A stretch of 64,000 nucleotides of DNA, taken from positions 160,001-224,000 of the forward strand of contig CAWJKZ010000019.1 in the NCBI GenBank assembly GCA_963843575.1, written 5' to 3'. The notes under the pieces are model-generated. The model had not been told where the DNA came from. It saw only the letters and a program-made list of their open reading frames with translations, and searched no databases. The stretch comes from an uncultured Acidobacteriota bacterium. Lineage in GTDB: Bacteria; Acidobacteriota; UBA6911. Position 1 is the first letter of the stretch; the number at the start of each line of letters is the position of its first letter. Positions 32,184-41,777 of this stretch are shown here, in pieces. The translations under genes were made by a program, and so were the position numbers.

Positions 32184-32674
32184 ACGGAAGCAGGAGACAG
32201 CTTGTCTTCTTCCGGTAGAAGGAGGTGCGTGCACCAAGTCCGCATCTCCTTCCGCCATTATGGAATATAATCAAAACGAAGCGAGATTTTCGGGGGCGCC
32301 GGCCCGGAAGTTGACGTGATCCCCCCATATCAGAAGCAGGGCGGCGACGCGGCGAGCGGCATCCCTCCAAGGCGTGGTCACTCAAACGGCAGCTTATTTC
32401 ACCTACTTATTCGTGAGGCCGCCTCCGGATACCGTCAAAGTTCAGCTGACATACCGCGGCTTGAAGCCGGAGCACGATGCCCGTGCTCCCGGATGGCTGC
32501 CCTCCCGTGCAGCCGTGCGGCGCACAACGAGGCCTTATTCATCCGACCCGGAACTTGAGGTAACGCCGTGTGTCCAACAAAAACCTGGGCGTACAAACGC
32601 AGGATCAGTTGTGCAGAAGATCGCAAGAAGATTCCGAGGCTCATGGCCAATACAAACGTTGGGGCAGCGCGATG

Positions 32675-32872
32675 TCACGCGCTGATGTGTTCGTAGGAGA
32701 ACGCGGGGATTTCGGTGCGCTCCCGTGCGTGCTCGATGGTTATGGCGCAGATGTTTCCATGGCCGTCCAAGTCGAGGACAGTGTTCTCATCGAGGTCTCT
32801 CGTCTCTACGACCTCGCCGGGGCGGAACTCTATGTACAGGGTGTCGGTGTCCTCGAAATACTTGATCTTCAT
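32675..32872 (-). CDS. DUF2283 family protein (TA antitoxin-like)
   Basis: MKIKYFEDTDTLYIEF..VVETRDLDENTVLDLDGHGNICAITIEHA. Confidence 0.88.
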   Translation of the reverse strand: MKIKYFEDTDTLYIEFRPGEVVETRDLDENTVLDLDGHGNICAITIEHARERTEIPAFSYEHISA

Positions 32873-33104
32873 GGCTCAAAGGACCAGTCAAAAAAAGCAT
32901 TGTGCAGAGTTTCGCCATCGGGGAGCAAGATCACTCGGAGGTATCTGCCTTCCATGTCCGCAATCGGCGCCCACATCCGGATGCGGCCATCGTCCTGTGT
33001 CAGCGATCGCACAGGCTGCCGGATGACAGACTCGATCCATTCAAGTTTGATACTCTGCCGGTCGGCCGTTGTCGCATCGCGGAAAAGTATCGGGTGAATT
33101 TCAT
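32869..33104 (-). CDS. DUF4258-like toxin partner of DUF2283 (one apparent frameshift)
   Basis: MKFTRYFSAMRQRP/DRQSIKLEWIESVIRQP..QDDGRIRMW..YLRVILLPDGETLHNAFFD; ATGA-coupled to DUF2283. Confidence 0.7.
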
Positions 33105-33258
33105 AGGCATTCGACCAGGTACAGCCTCCAAGCCGGCCGCCGCGGAGACCGGATACGGCCACCTGCGCCTGCAGCTTCAGGGCGAGCTCTGGAGCTGACA
33201 TAGGACCCAGCCGGGTCGCCTCGCCCCGTCGCTCTCGGACCTGCCTCCCGAGCGCCAC

Positions 33259-34539
33259 CTATATCCCGGCGGCGTCGTGCCGGTCGACGAGTTGGATAGG
33301 GGCGATGATCTGCATAACCTTCTTGCCCCAGGCATCGAGGGCTTCGCGCTTCTCGTCGAGGTATTCATACTGGTTGTAGACGGCGCTCGTGACGTCCGTC
33401 TGCTTGTGATTCAAGATGCGAGCGATAACGTGGCCGGGAACCCTCATCTGTCCAAGGCGCGTTGCACAGGTGCGACGGAGATCGTGCGCGGAAAAAGGAT
33501 CGAGCTTGAGTTCCTGTACCACGCGCGGAATCACATTTCGTAGATAGGTGACCGGCCCGGCCGAACGCCTGGCGATCACTCTATTCGGGAAGACATAGAT
33601 CGATTCGGGCGTTTTTTGTCGCCGCTCTTCACGCCTCTCGGTCTGCGCCTGTAACACTTCGTCCTGCTTTTCAAACACGCGCACAGCCTGTGGACTCAGT
33701 GGGACGATATTCGACAATCCGTTTTTCGTGCGCGATCCCGGGATCGTCCAAAGAGCCTCGCGTAAATCGACCTCGCTCCAGCGCGCGCCCATAACTTCGC
33801 CGGGACGCTGGCCCGTAAGCAGGATGAGTTGCAGAACTCCCCGGATGAAGGCGTCCTCGGTTTCCAGCGCATTCCAGAAGGCTTTGATCTCCTGATCCGC
33901 CAGGACTCGCTCTTTCGGCCTTTCTTTGCCGCCCGGGCGGGACATGCCGGCTGCGGGGTTGGCTTCGAGGTCAATCAGTTCTTTGTTCATCGCCCAATTG
34001 AGTAATTTTCGCAAGCAGGCGTGAGTGCGGTTCGCCGCCACGGGCGCCTTGACCGCAAGGATGCGCAGGAAGGAACGGACGTGGGACCGGCTGATATCAC
34101 GAACGTTGATACTGCCAAACTCGGGGTTAAGGCGCTTGTCGATTATGCGTTCGTCCTCCCGCCAACTGCGCTTGTTTGGTTTCGCGTACTCTTCGAGGTA
34201 CTGGCGGGCCAGCTGCGAAAACATTCTTGCTTCGGTCCGCTCTTTCAGCGCCTTCGCCTCTTCCGCCTTCTTCTCCTGCACAGGATCTCTTCCCTTGCGG
34301 ACGAGTTCGAAGGCAGCTCTCGCCATGTCGCGGGCCTTGGCGAGCGAGAGCTTTGGGTACACTCCAAGCGTGTGGCGCCTTTGCTTGCCGCCGATCCGGT
34401 ACATGATGCAGAACGTCTTTTCACCGTTGGGCGTTATGCGCACGCCGAACGCGGGAAGCGACTTGTCCCAGTACTCTGCGCGGCGTTGGCCTGGTCTGAG
34501 GCTCTGGATCTTCTTGTCGGTGAGATTTTGGGTTGGCAT
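33259..34539 (-). CDS. tyrosine recombinase / P4-like integrase with N-terminal arm-binding domain
   Basis: LTDKKIQSL..YWDKSLPAFGVRITPNGEKTF..TLGVYPKLSLAKAR; catalytic R (TGQRPGEV), K (RTKN), HDLRRT, LNH and Y (VYNQY); uninterrupted. Confidence 0.95.
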   Translation of the reverse strand: MPTQNLTDKKIQSLRPGQRRAEYWDKSLPAFGVRITPNGEKTFCIMYRIGGKQRRHTLGVYPKLSLAKARDMARAAFELVRKGRDPVQEKKAEEAKALKERTEARMFSQLARQYLEEYAKPNKRSWREDERIIDKRLNPEFGSINVRDISRSHVRSFLRILAVKAPVAANRTHACLRKLLNWAMNKELIDLEANPAAGMSRPGGKERPKERVLADQEIKAFWNALETEDAFIRGVLQLILLTGQRPGEVMGARWSEVDLREALWTIPGSRTKNGLSNIVPLSPQAVRVFEKQDEVLQAQTERREERRQKTPESIYVFPNRVIARRSAGPVTYLRNVIPRVVQELKLDPFSAHDLRRTCATRLGQMRVPGHVIARILNHKQTDVTSAVYNQYEYLDEKREALDAWGKKVMQIIAPIQLVDRHDAAGI

Positions 34540-34554
34540 GACGATCTCATTCTG

Positions 34555-34575
34555 GGGTAACACCGGGGTAACAGC
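34555..34575 (+). repeat. putative integrase arm-type site (right)
   Basis: Identical to 28440-28460. Confidence 0.75.
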
Positions 34576-34738
34576 AAGCTGAAACTTCTATAAACAAACA
34601 TCCTAAACCGGACCGAACAGAATGATGCGGCTAGAACCCAGCATCGACAAGCTTGATACAACAGCTGCTTACATTTATGGAAAACACAAATTTGTTCGCT
34701 CGGGTGTCGGTGGGTGTCGGTGAGTGCCTTATTGTCGG

Positions 34739-34785
34739 GACTCATAATCAGCGGGTCGCAGGTTCGAGTCCTGCTGGGCCCACCA
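34739..34785 (+). repeat. attR: duplicated 3' part of the tRNA
   Basis: GACTCATAATCAGCGGGTCGCAGGTTCGAGTCCTGCTGGGCCCACCA. The 5' half of the tRNA is absent; preceded by tandem GGGTGTCGGT x2 at 34702-34721. Confidence 0.93.
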
Positions 34786-35049
34786 CAAAACAAAAGACTT
34801 ACAGGAAATCAAGAGAACGCCGAAACGCCCATAGGTAAGCGCATAGGTAGCAGCTGCAATCCGTTGTGACCGTACTTTTCCTGTCATGTAGGCGTCTCGA
34901 CTCAGGGGTTTCTGCGCGCCCTGATTTAAGCCTGACTTCGGTGCGGACTACACAAGCCCACGCTTCGCCTCCGGCATGGGATCGTTCTGTGTGAGCCTCG
35001 GCACTGGGCCGGGCTGCCGATTCAGCACATCTCCGTATCGTGCTACCAG

Positions 35050-36385
35050 TCATTTCAATTTCGGCAACGGTGGCCGTCGCATCTTCTGCCCGCTCCTGAG
35101 GCGGGCCCAGTATCCCCGCGGTGGAGCTGGAATGTTCAGGATCCGGCAGACCTTCCCGATCCTGACGCCGGAGACGCCGTATGACGCGGCGACCCGCAAC
35201 ACCGGCTCGGACCACACCTCCTGATACAGCTTCTCGCGATCGTATCGCCAACTCAAGCTCTGTTGGGCGGCCCTGCGCTTCTCGGCCTCGCTCACCTGAG
35301 GCTTGATGACCTGGAGCGCGAGCATGCGCTCTCGTATGGGTTTTGCCCGTGTCAGCTCTTCGAGAGTGCCGCGATCGCAGATCTCGGGCTTTCCCAGGAG
35401 ACGCATCACGGTCCTGAAATCGTAATCGCTTCATTAGGGACCGACGGAGTCGGGCCAGCTTCTCGGAGTCGGTCTCCTGCCAGCAAACTCCGCATTGCAG
35501 TGTGGCTTCCAGTGCGGACGTGCCCCCGCCATGGTGGAACGGGCTCGGTGCAATGAGGAGCAGGTGCAGTTGCAGGATGGAGGTAAGGTCCCGAGGCGGA
35601 CAGATGGCCGCGAGGTACTGAACGACGTGCTCGTATTTTGCACTTTGGTAGAGGTCGCCGAAATCGTCGCACGCGGGATCCGGGTCCAGTCTCTCGAGCA
35701 TTCGCAAATCGCCATCGTGGACAGCGAGCTCAATGGCCGTCCAGCCAATGGACTGATCGTCCTCGCGGGACCGTCTGCGGAGGTCAGGGACAGACGTATG
35801 GGGATCGGCACCCGCCCAGAGGCATAGGGCTATTCCCCTCTCGTTACCTTCCCGGATGTGCGCACCGAGAGCAATGTCGAGCTCCCGCTGAATCCGTGGG
35901 TCCTCCAGCCTGTGGCGCTTCGCGAACCCATACAGCGGCCTGTTTGAGGTACCGAAGCCCAACATCGAGGCCATTGCGTGGTTACGCGTCAAATCGTGTC
36001 CGGCAGTGTAATACCGCTCGTAAAGCTCGGTGCTGTAGGTGTCAAGAACGACGTAGGTGCTGACGCTTTTCAGGTCCGCCCCCCACTCCAGCAGGAGCTC
36101 GAAGAGATCCCAACGGCGGCTTTTGAGGGCGATGTCGAGTGAGGAGGGCTCCAGCTCCAGCTGGTAACCGTTGCGCAACAGCAGCAGGGCAAGGGAGTGC
36201 TGTCCTGTTTCGAGCGCTATACGGAGAGCGGATGTCGGTTGTCGGCCCTTCGGGGTTGCCACGGGATCGAGCTGCAGTGGCTTGCCTTGCTGGATCCACT
36301 GCTCCACGTCGTAAACCCTGCCGTTCCGGCATAGGAGGTGCAGTTCCTTAAGCTTCTCCTGGAAACAGGCAAGAGAGCGTTTCAT
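35050..36385 (-). CDS. ankyrin-repeat protein with C-terminal HTH-like domain (frameshift at about 35430)
   Basis: SALRIALETGQHSLALLLLRNG, LFELLLEWGAD, WAGADP, TAIELAV; C-terminal DREKLYQEVWSEPVLRVAASYGVSGVRIGKVCRILNIPAPPRGYWA. Confidence 0.7.
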
Positions 36386-36464
36386 GGGCGGCGATGCCGG
36401 ACACTCTTCGACCATTCCCCGTCCCGCCTTTTGGATTGGTAAGCCACTGGGATCACCTCCGAGT

Positions 36465-36650
36465 TCATTCCTGTGCTGCATTGATGGGGAACCGCGCCTT
36501 CAGGGCCTGAAGGTCGCGACGGACCGTGCGGGTGCTGCATGCGAAATCGTATTGCAGGGAGCGAGCGAGTTCTTCAAGAGTAGCGCTTCGGGGTTTCTCA
36601 AAGGCCTGCAACAAAAACCACTAGCGAGTTACCCGGTCGTTGCGGGGCAT
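36465..36650 (-). pseudogene. N-terminal HTH remnant of a WYL/DeoR-type regulator
   Basis: Manual translation: MPRNDRVTR*WFLLQAFEKPRSATLEELARSLQYDFACSTRTVRRDLQALKARFPI. Contains the TRTVRRDL..L HTH, an internal TAG, and is truncated. Confidence 0.6.
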
Positions 36651-36912
36651 ACGCGCCATCCGATCCTGTAGTCGAATCAGCAGACTAATACCACAGCGCG
36701 GGCCTTCCCACTGGAATGCAGGGGCCGCGGTTACCGTACTTCAATCAAATAGCCCTTTTCAACGACGATCAATTGTTGCGGTTTGAGCGCCACTCGGTCG
36801 GCGCGTTTTCGGTCCTAGACGGGCAAACGGGGCGGTGTTCTCAATCGGAGGCCGCACGATGGCACCGCGATTGCATCCGAATGGTATGATCAAAAAAAGT
36901 GCAGGAGGATCT

Positions 36913-37743
36913 ATGAAATCGGCAAAATACATTCTGTTAGCAGCGGCCCTGCTGGTTCCTCTGTGGAACGCCGGGGCACAGGACAGGGACTGGCGCGACC
37001 GCGATAACCGGCGAACGGACAGGCTCGAGGACATAGCGAGGGACCTGGCCGCCCGCGCCGATTCCGTCTGGAAAATGGTCCAGAGCCGGAATCCCCGCAA
37101 CGAGGACAGGAACGATCTCTACACGGCATTCCGCAACTTCGCAAGCAACGCGCGCAACTACGCCTCGCGCGTGAACACTTCGAACAGCGACACCTACAAG
37201 CTAGGAGCCGGGCAGCTGGTTCGGGAAGCTGAGAACATCGGAAAACTCGTCGACCGGTTTCAGAACATGTACCGTGTACAGGACCAGTGGAATGACGTGA
37301 AGATCCAGGTCGACCGGTTGAGCCGGTTCTACGGCATCCCGTACTCTGAGAGCCGGAACCTGGCGAAGACGGATCCCTACAACAGGGGAAATGGGGCGGA
37401 TGGCGGGTTCGGCCGCGACCGCGATTACCGGGGCGGAGGATCCGGCTACCAGTCCGGCGTCTTCCGGTGGCGCGGCCGTGTCGACGGCTCGGATTACATC
37501 TATCTTAGAGGCAACCGGGTCGACATCCGGCACCTGCAGGCCCAGCCGATCACGAACAGCTCCTACGACCTGCCGTCGCCGCTTCCAAGAACTCCGGCAA
37601 AAGTGCAGCTCCGGACATTGCGGGGGCGCGGCCGTGTGCAGCTCACACAGCAGCCGACGCCTGCAAACGGCTATGCGGCCGGAGTCCTGATCGAGGATAA
37701 CGACGCCGGCGCAGATTACTACGAATTCGAACTCTCGTGGTAG
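36913..37743 (+). CDS. hypothetical secreted protein
   Basis: AGGAGG RBS; signal peptide; helical N-part, Gly-rich linker, C-terminal WRGRVDG..GRGRVQLTQQP..IED..AGADYYEFELSW beta domain. Confidence 0.8.
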   Translation: MKSAKYILLAAALLVPLWNAGAQDRDWRDRDNRRTDRLEDIARDLAARADSVWKMVQSRNPRNEDRNDLYTAFRNFASNARNYASRVNTSNSDTYKLGAGQLVREAENIGKLVDRFQNMYRVQDQWNDVKIQVDRLSRFYGIPYSESRNLAKTDPYNRGNGADGGFGRDRDYRGGGSGYQSGVFRWRGRVDGSDYIYLRGNRVDIRHLQAQPITNSSYDLPSPLPRTPAKVQLRTLRGRGRVQLTQQPTPANGYAAGVLIEDNDAGADYYEFELSW

Positions 37744-37929
37744 AAAGGTAAACAGGCAAGAGGTGTCATAGCTTGACAATTGTTGACAGCCGAACCGGTC
37801 CATCCCCAACCCGATACTAAAGGCGGTCGACAAGGAACTTCGCAAGCTCGTAGCCGTCTCGCGAAACTACAGGAACAGTACAGATCCGAGTTGTTACCAC
37901 ATTTATTACCACATTAATGTGGGTGATGC

Positions 37930-38982
37930 TCATTTACGTCCAACGTGGCGCCATTTGGCATCCCGGCCCCGGCCGAGCACCTCGAGACGGCCATCTTTGC
38001 GCCATCGATTCAGGACTACGCGGATCATGTCCCGGCTCACGTTCGGACATAACCGCTCAACGTCCGCGATTCCGAAGGGGCTCTGCAGATTTTCGAGGGC
38101 GTAAGCTATCAGCTCGGCTTTGGATCCGCGGGCAGGCCTCTGTCGGCCCGCTCGATCTTCAAATTCCCGATAGGCGAGGCGCAGCGTGGAAAGGAAGTAA
38201 TTGAACCATGGCAGGACATCATGCTTTCCCTCATGCCAGCCGCCGGAACTGATTTTGAGAGTCTCGTAGTAGCTCTCTTTTGTCTGCTCGACCAGACGTT
38301 CCAGGCTCACATAGCGGCCGACATCGTAGCCCTGCTGATAAAGCGCCAGCAGAGTCAAAAGGCGCGACACACGGCCGTTCCCGTCGCGAAATGGATGGAC
38401 GCAAAGGAAGTCAAGCACAAGCCCCGAGATTGCCAGAAAGGCTACAACTTCGCGCTGGTCCAATGCCGCGCGGTAGCCGAGGCACAGTTCCTCCATGGCT
38501 GAAGGCACAAGTTTTGGGGATACAGGGCGGAATCTGATCTCGCGCCGGCCATTGGGCAGGATCTCAATGATCTCGTTTTGCGTTTCTTTCCACCGCCCGG
38601 CGTCACCGCTTGTTCCTCCCTGGGCGAAGGCATGGAGACGGAGAACCGTTTCGGGATTGATCTGGATTTTCTCGTGATTTGTGTGGATCCAGCTGAGCGC
38701 CCTGCGGTAGCCGACGATCTCCTCTTCGGAACGATCGCGCGGCCGGCTTTTGCCGAGCACCAACGGCCGGAGTCGGGCGCGCTCCACCGTAATCCCTTCA
38801 ATCCGGTTCGAGGATTCCGCGCTCTCAATCAGGGCCATTTCCCGCAAGGCTTCGAGCAGTTGGGGGGACTGGGCCTGATAAAGCCCCTGTTTTCCTCTTG
38901 CCTCAGCCAACGACTCCAGCAGCCAAACGGTGCCCTGTGGGAGCGATAATTTACCGAGATGATTGTGGCGGAACGACATCAT
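37930..38982 (-). CDS. Fic family protein with N-terminal inhibitory motif
   Basis: HPFRDGNGRVSR; SNRIEG (S/TxxxEG); C-terminal wHTH-like tail. Confidence 0.93.
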   Translation of the reverse strand: MMSFRHNHLGKLSLPQGTVWLLESLAEARGKQGLYQAQSPQLLEALREMALIESAESSNRIEGITVERARLRPLVLGKSRPRDRSEEEIVGYRRALSWIHTNHEKIQINPETVLRLHAFAQGGTSGDAGRWKETQNEIIEILPNGRREIRFRPVSPKLVPSAMEELCLGYRAALDQREVVAFLAISGLVLDFLCVHPFRDGNGRVSRLLTLLALYQQGYDVGRYVSLERLVEQTKESYYETLKISSGGWHEGKHDVLPWFNYFLSTLRLAYREFEDRAGRQRPARGSKAELIAYALENLQSPFGIADVERLCPNVSRDMIRVVLNRWRKDGRLEVLGRGRDAKWRHVGRK

Positions 38983-39043
38983 AGGATATATGCCTCACGA
39001 TTTAACCCGGATTGTATTTTCCGTAAATGGTTTGTCAAGCGTG

Positions 39044-39289
39044 TTAGCGATTGGTGAGGAATGCGTTCCAGGCACTTTCATGAGCAAGGTCCGCCGCATG
39101 AGCGAGAGAGGCGTGAATGTCGTCTTTGGTCAGTTGCGGGTAGTGATCCAAGATCTCCGCCTCCGTCACGCCCTCGGCCAAGCCGTCCAAGGATCACGGC
39201 GATTGCACTGCGGGTGTCGCGGATGCAGGCCTTCCGCCGCATACATCAGGCTTGGAGGTGATCCTTGCCGTTAGATCCGGTCCCTTCAC
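39044..39289 (-). pseudogene. DUF433 family protein (two compensating indels)
   Basis: Manual translation: RITSKPDVCGG/KACIRDTRSAIAVIL/DGLAEGVTEAEILDHYPQLTKDDIHASLAHAADL. Confidence 0.75.
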
Positions 39290-39312
39290 TCTTGTTCATC
39301 TCCGTCGGCTTT

Positions 39313-39575
39313 TCAGCCTGCGGCGGCCTTGGGATCTAGGAACGCCGACGAAATCGACAACCTTCTGCTGCCGGCACTGCTGCCGGCGCAGATGTTGCCG
39401 CCGCTGTCCGGGTCGACCATCGTGTTCCGAACGAGGTCTTTTCTCTCGACCGCCTTGACCTGGCTGAACTCGATGTAAAGCGTGTCGGTGTCCTCGAAGT
39501 ATTTTATCTTCATGGCTCCAAGGACCAGTCACAGAACGCATTGTGCATCCTTTTGCCTGGCGGGAGCAAGATGGT
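39313..39575 (-). pseudogene. degenerate second DUF2283/toxin pair
   Basis: MKIKYFEDTDTLYIEF start identical to the 32872 copy; upstream toxin tail HNAFCDWSLEP resembles HNAFFDWSFEP; both genes eroded. Confidence 0.75.
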
Positions 39576-39789
39576 CCCGTGAAATGAAGAACACGCTGGA
39601 ATGGACCCGATTCATTCCTTTGTGATTCAGGATCTGGCAATGGCGTGCTCGGGCGTCCAACGCACGAGAATTCAGTGAATAACGTTCCCCGTTACAGCTC
39701 GACGAAGGGGGGCAAAGCACGGAAGGCACTCTGCGTGCTCGTTGGCGGGACGGTGCTCGTCCTCAAGAAGCACTATACCGGACCCGGCG

Positions 39790-40030
39790 AACAGCGAGTT
39801 GGGGTTTTTCGGAGGGTTGACTCTCGAGGAGACGGCGGAAGTCTTGCAGGTTTCTCCCGACACCGTCTACCGCGACCTGGAGGTTGGCCAAGGTCTGGCT
39901 CTTCACAGAACTCAAGGGTGGGGCGAAGCCATGCATCCCGACCGCTGGCGGCAGGTGGAAAGCATCTGGAACGCGGCGCTGGAGCGCCGGCCGGAGGAGC
40001 GCGCTGCGTTCGTGGAAGTGGCTGCTCTAC
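39790..40030 (+). pseudogene. remnant of an ECF sigma C-terminus plus a Ser/Thr kinase N-terminus
   Basis: ELGFFGGLTLEETAEVLQVSPDTVYRDL..AKVWLFTEL followed by MHPDRWRQVESIWNAALERRPEERAAFV. Confidence 0.7.
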
Positions 40031-40279
40031 TGCGGCGGATTCCCAACTTCCGACATCATGCCGATCGACGGCTTTCGCTGATCCAGTCGTCGGGTGCCGC
40101 ATGTGGTGACCCAACGCCGGTCGATTTCATCGCCGGAGGCAGCTTCTCCACAACCGGAGGAGCACGATGGAGCGCAGGGAACGCTCTATTGCGGTGTCAC
40201 GGCCGGCTTGCTATGTTTGATGTGATCCATGGCTTACTATCAGTGACACATGGGAACAACGCACCCGGAGGAATCCCGG

Positions 40280-40507
40280 ATGAAGAAGCTTACGATCAGG
40301 CAGGTCAGAGAATCGCTGGGCAAGCTGGATGAACTGCTGGCCAAGGAGGGCGAAATGGCGATCACACGACGCGGAGACGAGATCGCGCGCGTCGTTCCGG
40401 TCGGGGGCAGGAAAGCGATGCCCTCGCACGCGGCGCTGCGCAGGAGCATGCCGCGTCTGCGACGGGGCAGCGAACGGCTGATTCGTGAAGATCGAGACGG
40501 GCGATGA
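40280..40507 (+). CDS. Phd/YefM-like antitoxin
   Basis: MKKLTIRQVRESLGKLDELL..EMAITRRGDEIARVVPV..LIREDRD. Confidence 0.82.
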   Translation: MKKLTIRQVRESLGKLDELLAKEGEMAITRRGDEIARVVPVGGRKAMPSHAALRRSMPRLRRGSERLIREDRDGR

Positions 40508-40964
40508 ACGAAATCATCTATTTCGACACGAGTGCGCTGGCCAAATGGTATCTCAACGAGCCCCGTTCCGAGGACGTCGAGGCATTCATCCAGGAACGAG
40601 GCCCGGTAGCATTAGCGATCTTACTGTTGTTGAAATGCGTTGCCTGCTGTCCCGCCGCCGCAGGGAAGGGCACTTCAATCACGGCACCGAGCTGAAGGTT
40701 TTTGCGACCTTTCAGGATGAAGTGCGGCAGGGGATTCTGCTCTCTCAACCGATCACGCAAGGGATCGCTGCGGCCGCGTTGAACCTGCTGTCCATGGTGC
40801 CGGGCGTGCCGCTTCGCACGCTGGATGCCTTCCACTTGGCAATTGCCCGCGAGATTCAGGCGTCATTAATTGCCACGGCGGATCGCGTGATGATCGCGGC
40901 CGCTGTAGCTCTGGGCATGGGCGTGGCCCGATTCGACGGAATGCCCGCCAAACGCCGGCGCTGA
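40504..40964 (+). CDS. VapC/PIN domain toxin (frameshift at about 40605)
   Basis: IYFDTSALAKWYLNEPRSE then LRTLDAFHLAIA..IATADR; ATGA coupling. Confidence 0.85.
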
Positions 40965-41103
40965 CTCGTGCCCCGGGAATGCATCGCGGATCTGAACCGG
41001 CACGCACTCATCGGCTAAGCGTCGGAGTCACCGCCCCAGCGGATCTCAACGTTACCCATCTTCTTTTCTACGGTCCTCCCGGACGGAGCGCTTGGCGATT
41101 CTC

Positions 41104-41481
41104 TCACCTGTAGTATTTCCTGTCGTGAACACAGAAGACGCCTTCTTCACAGACCCACCGTTGGAGCTCTTCTTCCAGGAACTTCGCTATGCCCTTGTCT
41201 CGTATGCGCTCCAGGTTTTCGATCTGGCTCATGCCATACCGCGTACGATAGCGGCGGTCCAGGTGGCGTAACCGGTCGCAAGGGAATTCCGCGCAGTCCC
41301 AACAGAACTTGCCCTTGCGTTTGCTGCAAACCCGCAGTCGGCATAGCACTCGGGTTTTTGGCTTGTTCTGTTCGACGTGGTTGCAGCCGTGGCAGGGGTT
41401 GCGTTGACGCAGGTGGGCTTTGCAGATGGCGCAGTTCATGCCGCATGGTGCTATGAGGGTTTTGTCTATCGCCGTTGCCAT
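41104..41481 (-). CDS. DUF3795 family Cys-rich protein
   Basis: IAPCGMNCAIC..CHGC..CRLRVC..FCWDCAEFPCDRL..ENLERIR. Confidence 0.85.
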   Translation of the reverse strand: MATAIDKTLIAPCGMNCAICKAHLRQRNPCHGCNHVEQNKPKTRVLCRLRVCSKRKGKFCWDCAEFPCDRLRHLDRRYRTRYGMSQIENLERIRDKGIAKFLEEELQRWVCEEGVFCVHDRKYYR

Positions 41482-41777
41482 CGAAACCCTCCGTTGCGGT
41501 CTCGCGTCGGGTATAGCCGATGGTCGGTGCCAGCCGCGGGCGGCATCCCAGCCGCGGTGTTTGAGTCGTCTCGCACCGTTCCCCGCAGTACTTCCATCAG
41601 GCCTGCCGCACGCCTTCTGGGAAGAGGAGGACTGGCTGACGCCAGGATTCGGATCGAGTTGAGGATCTCACGCCGGGTGGAATGTCGTTCTCCCGTACCT
41701 GGCCTCCCTTCTCAATGATTAACGGGCAGAGCAGAAGATGCGGCGGCCGTTGCTGTCGAGATCGGCATACCGGGCTC

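Larger units (their letters stand above)
28335..34785. mobile_element. tRNA-integrated element / genomic island (about 6.4 kb)
   Basis: Exact 47-bp direct repeat at 28335-28381 and 34739-34785, with a tyrosine integrase adjacent to the right copy. Confidence 0.92.

Noticed and set aside
34739-34785. Second tRNA gene
   Set aside because: Only the 3' 47 nt are present, with no D-arm or 5' acceptor strand; interpreted as attR.
36621-36623. In-frame TAG as pyrrolysine or amber read-through
   Set aside because: The ORF is also truncated after the HTH and there is no pyl context; a nonsense mutation is simpler.
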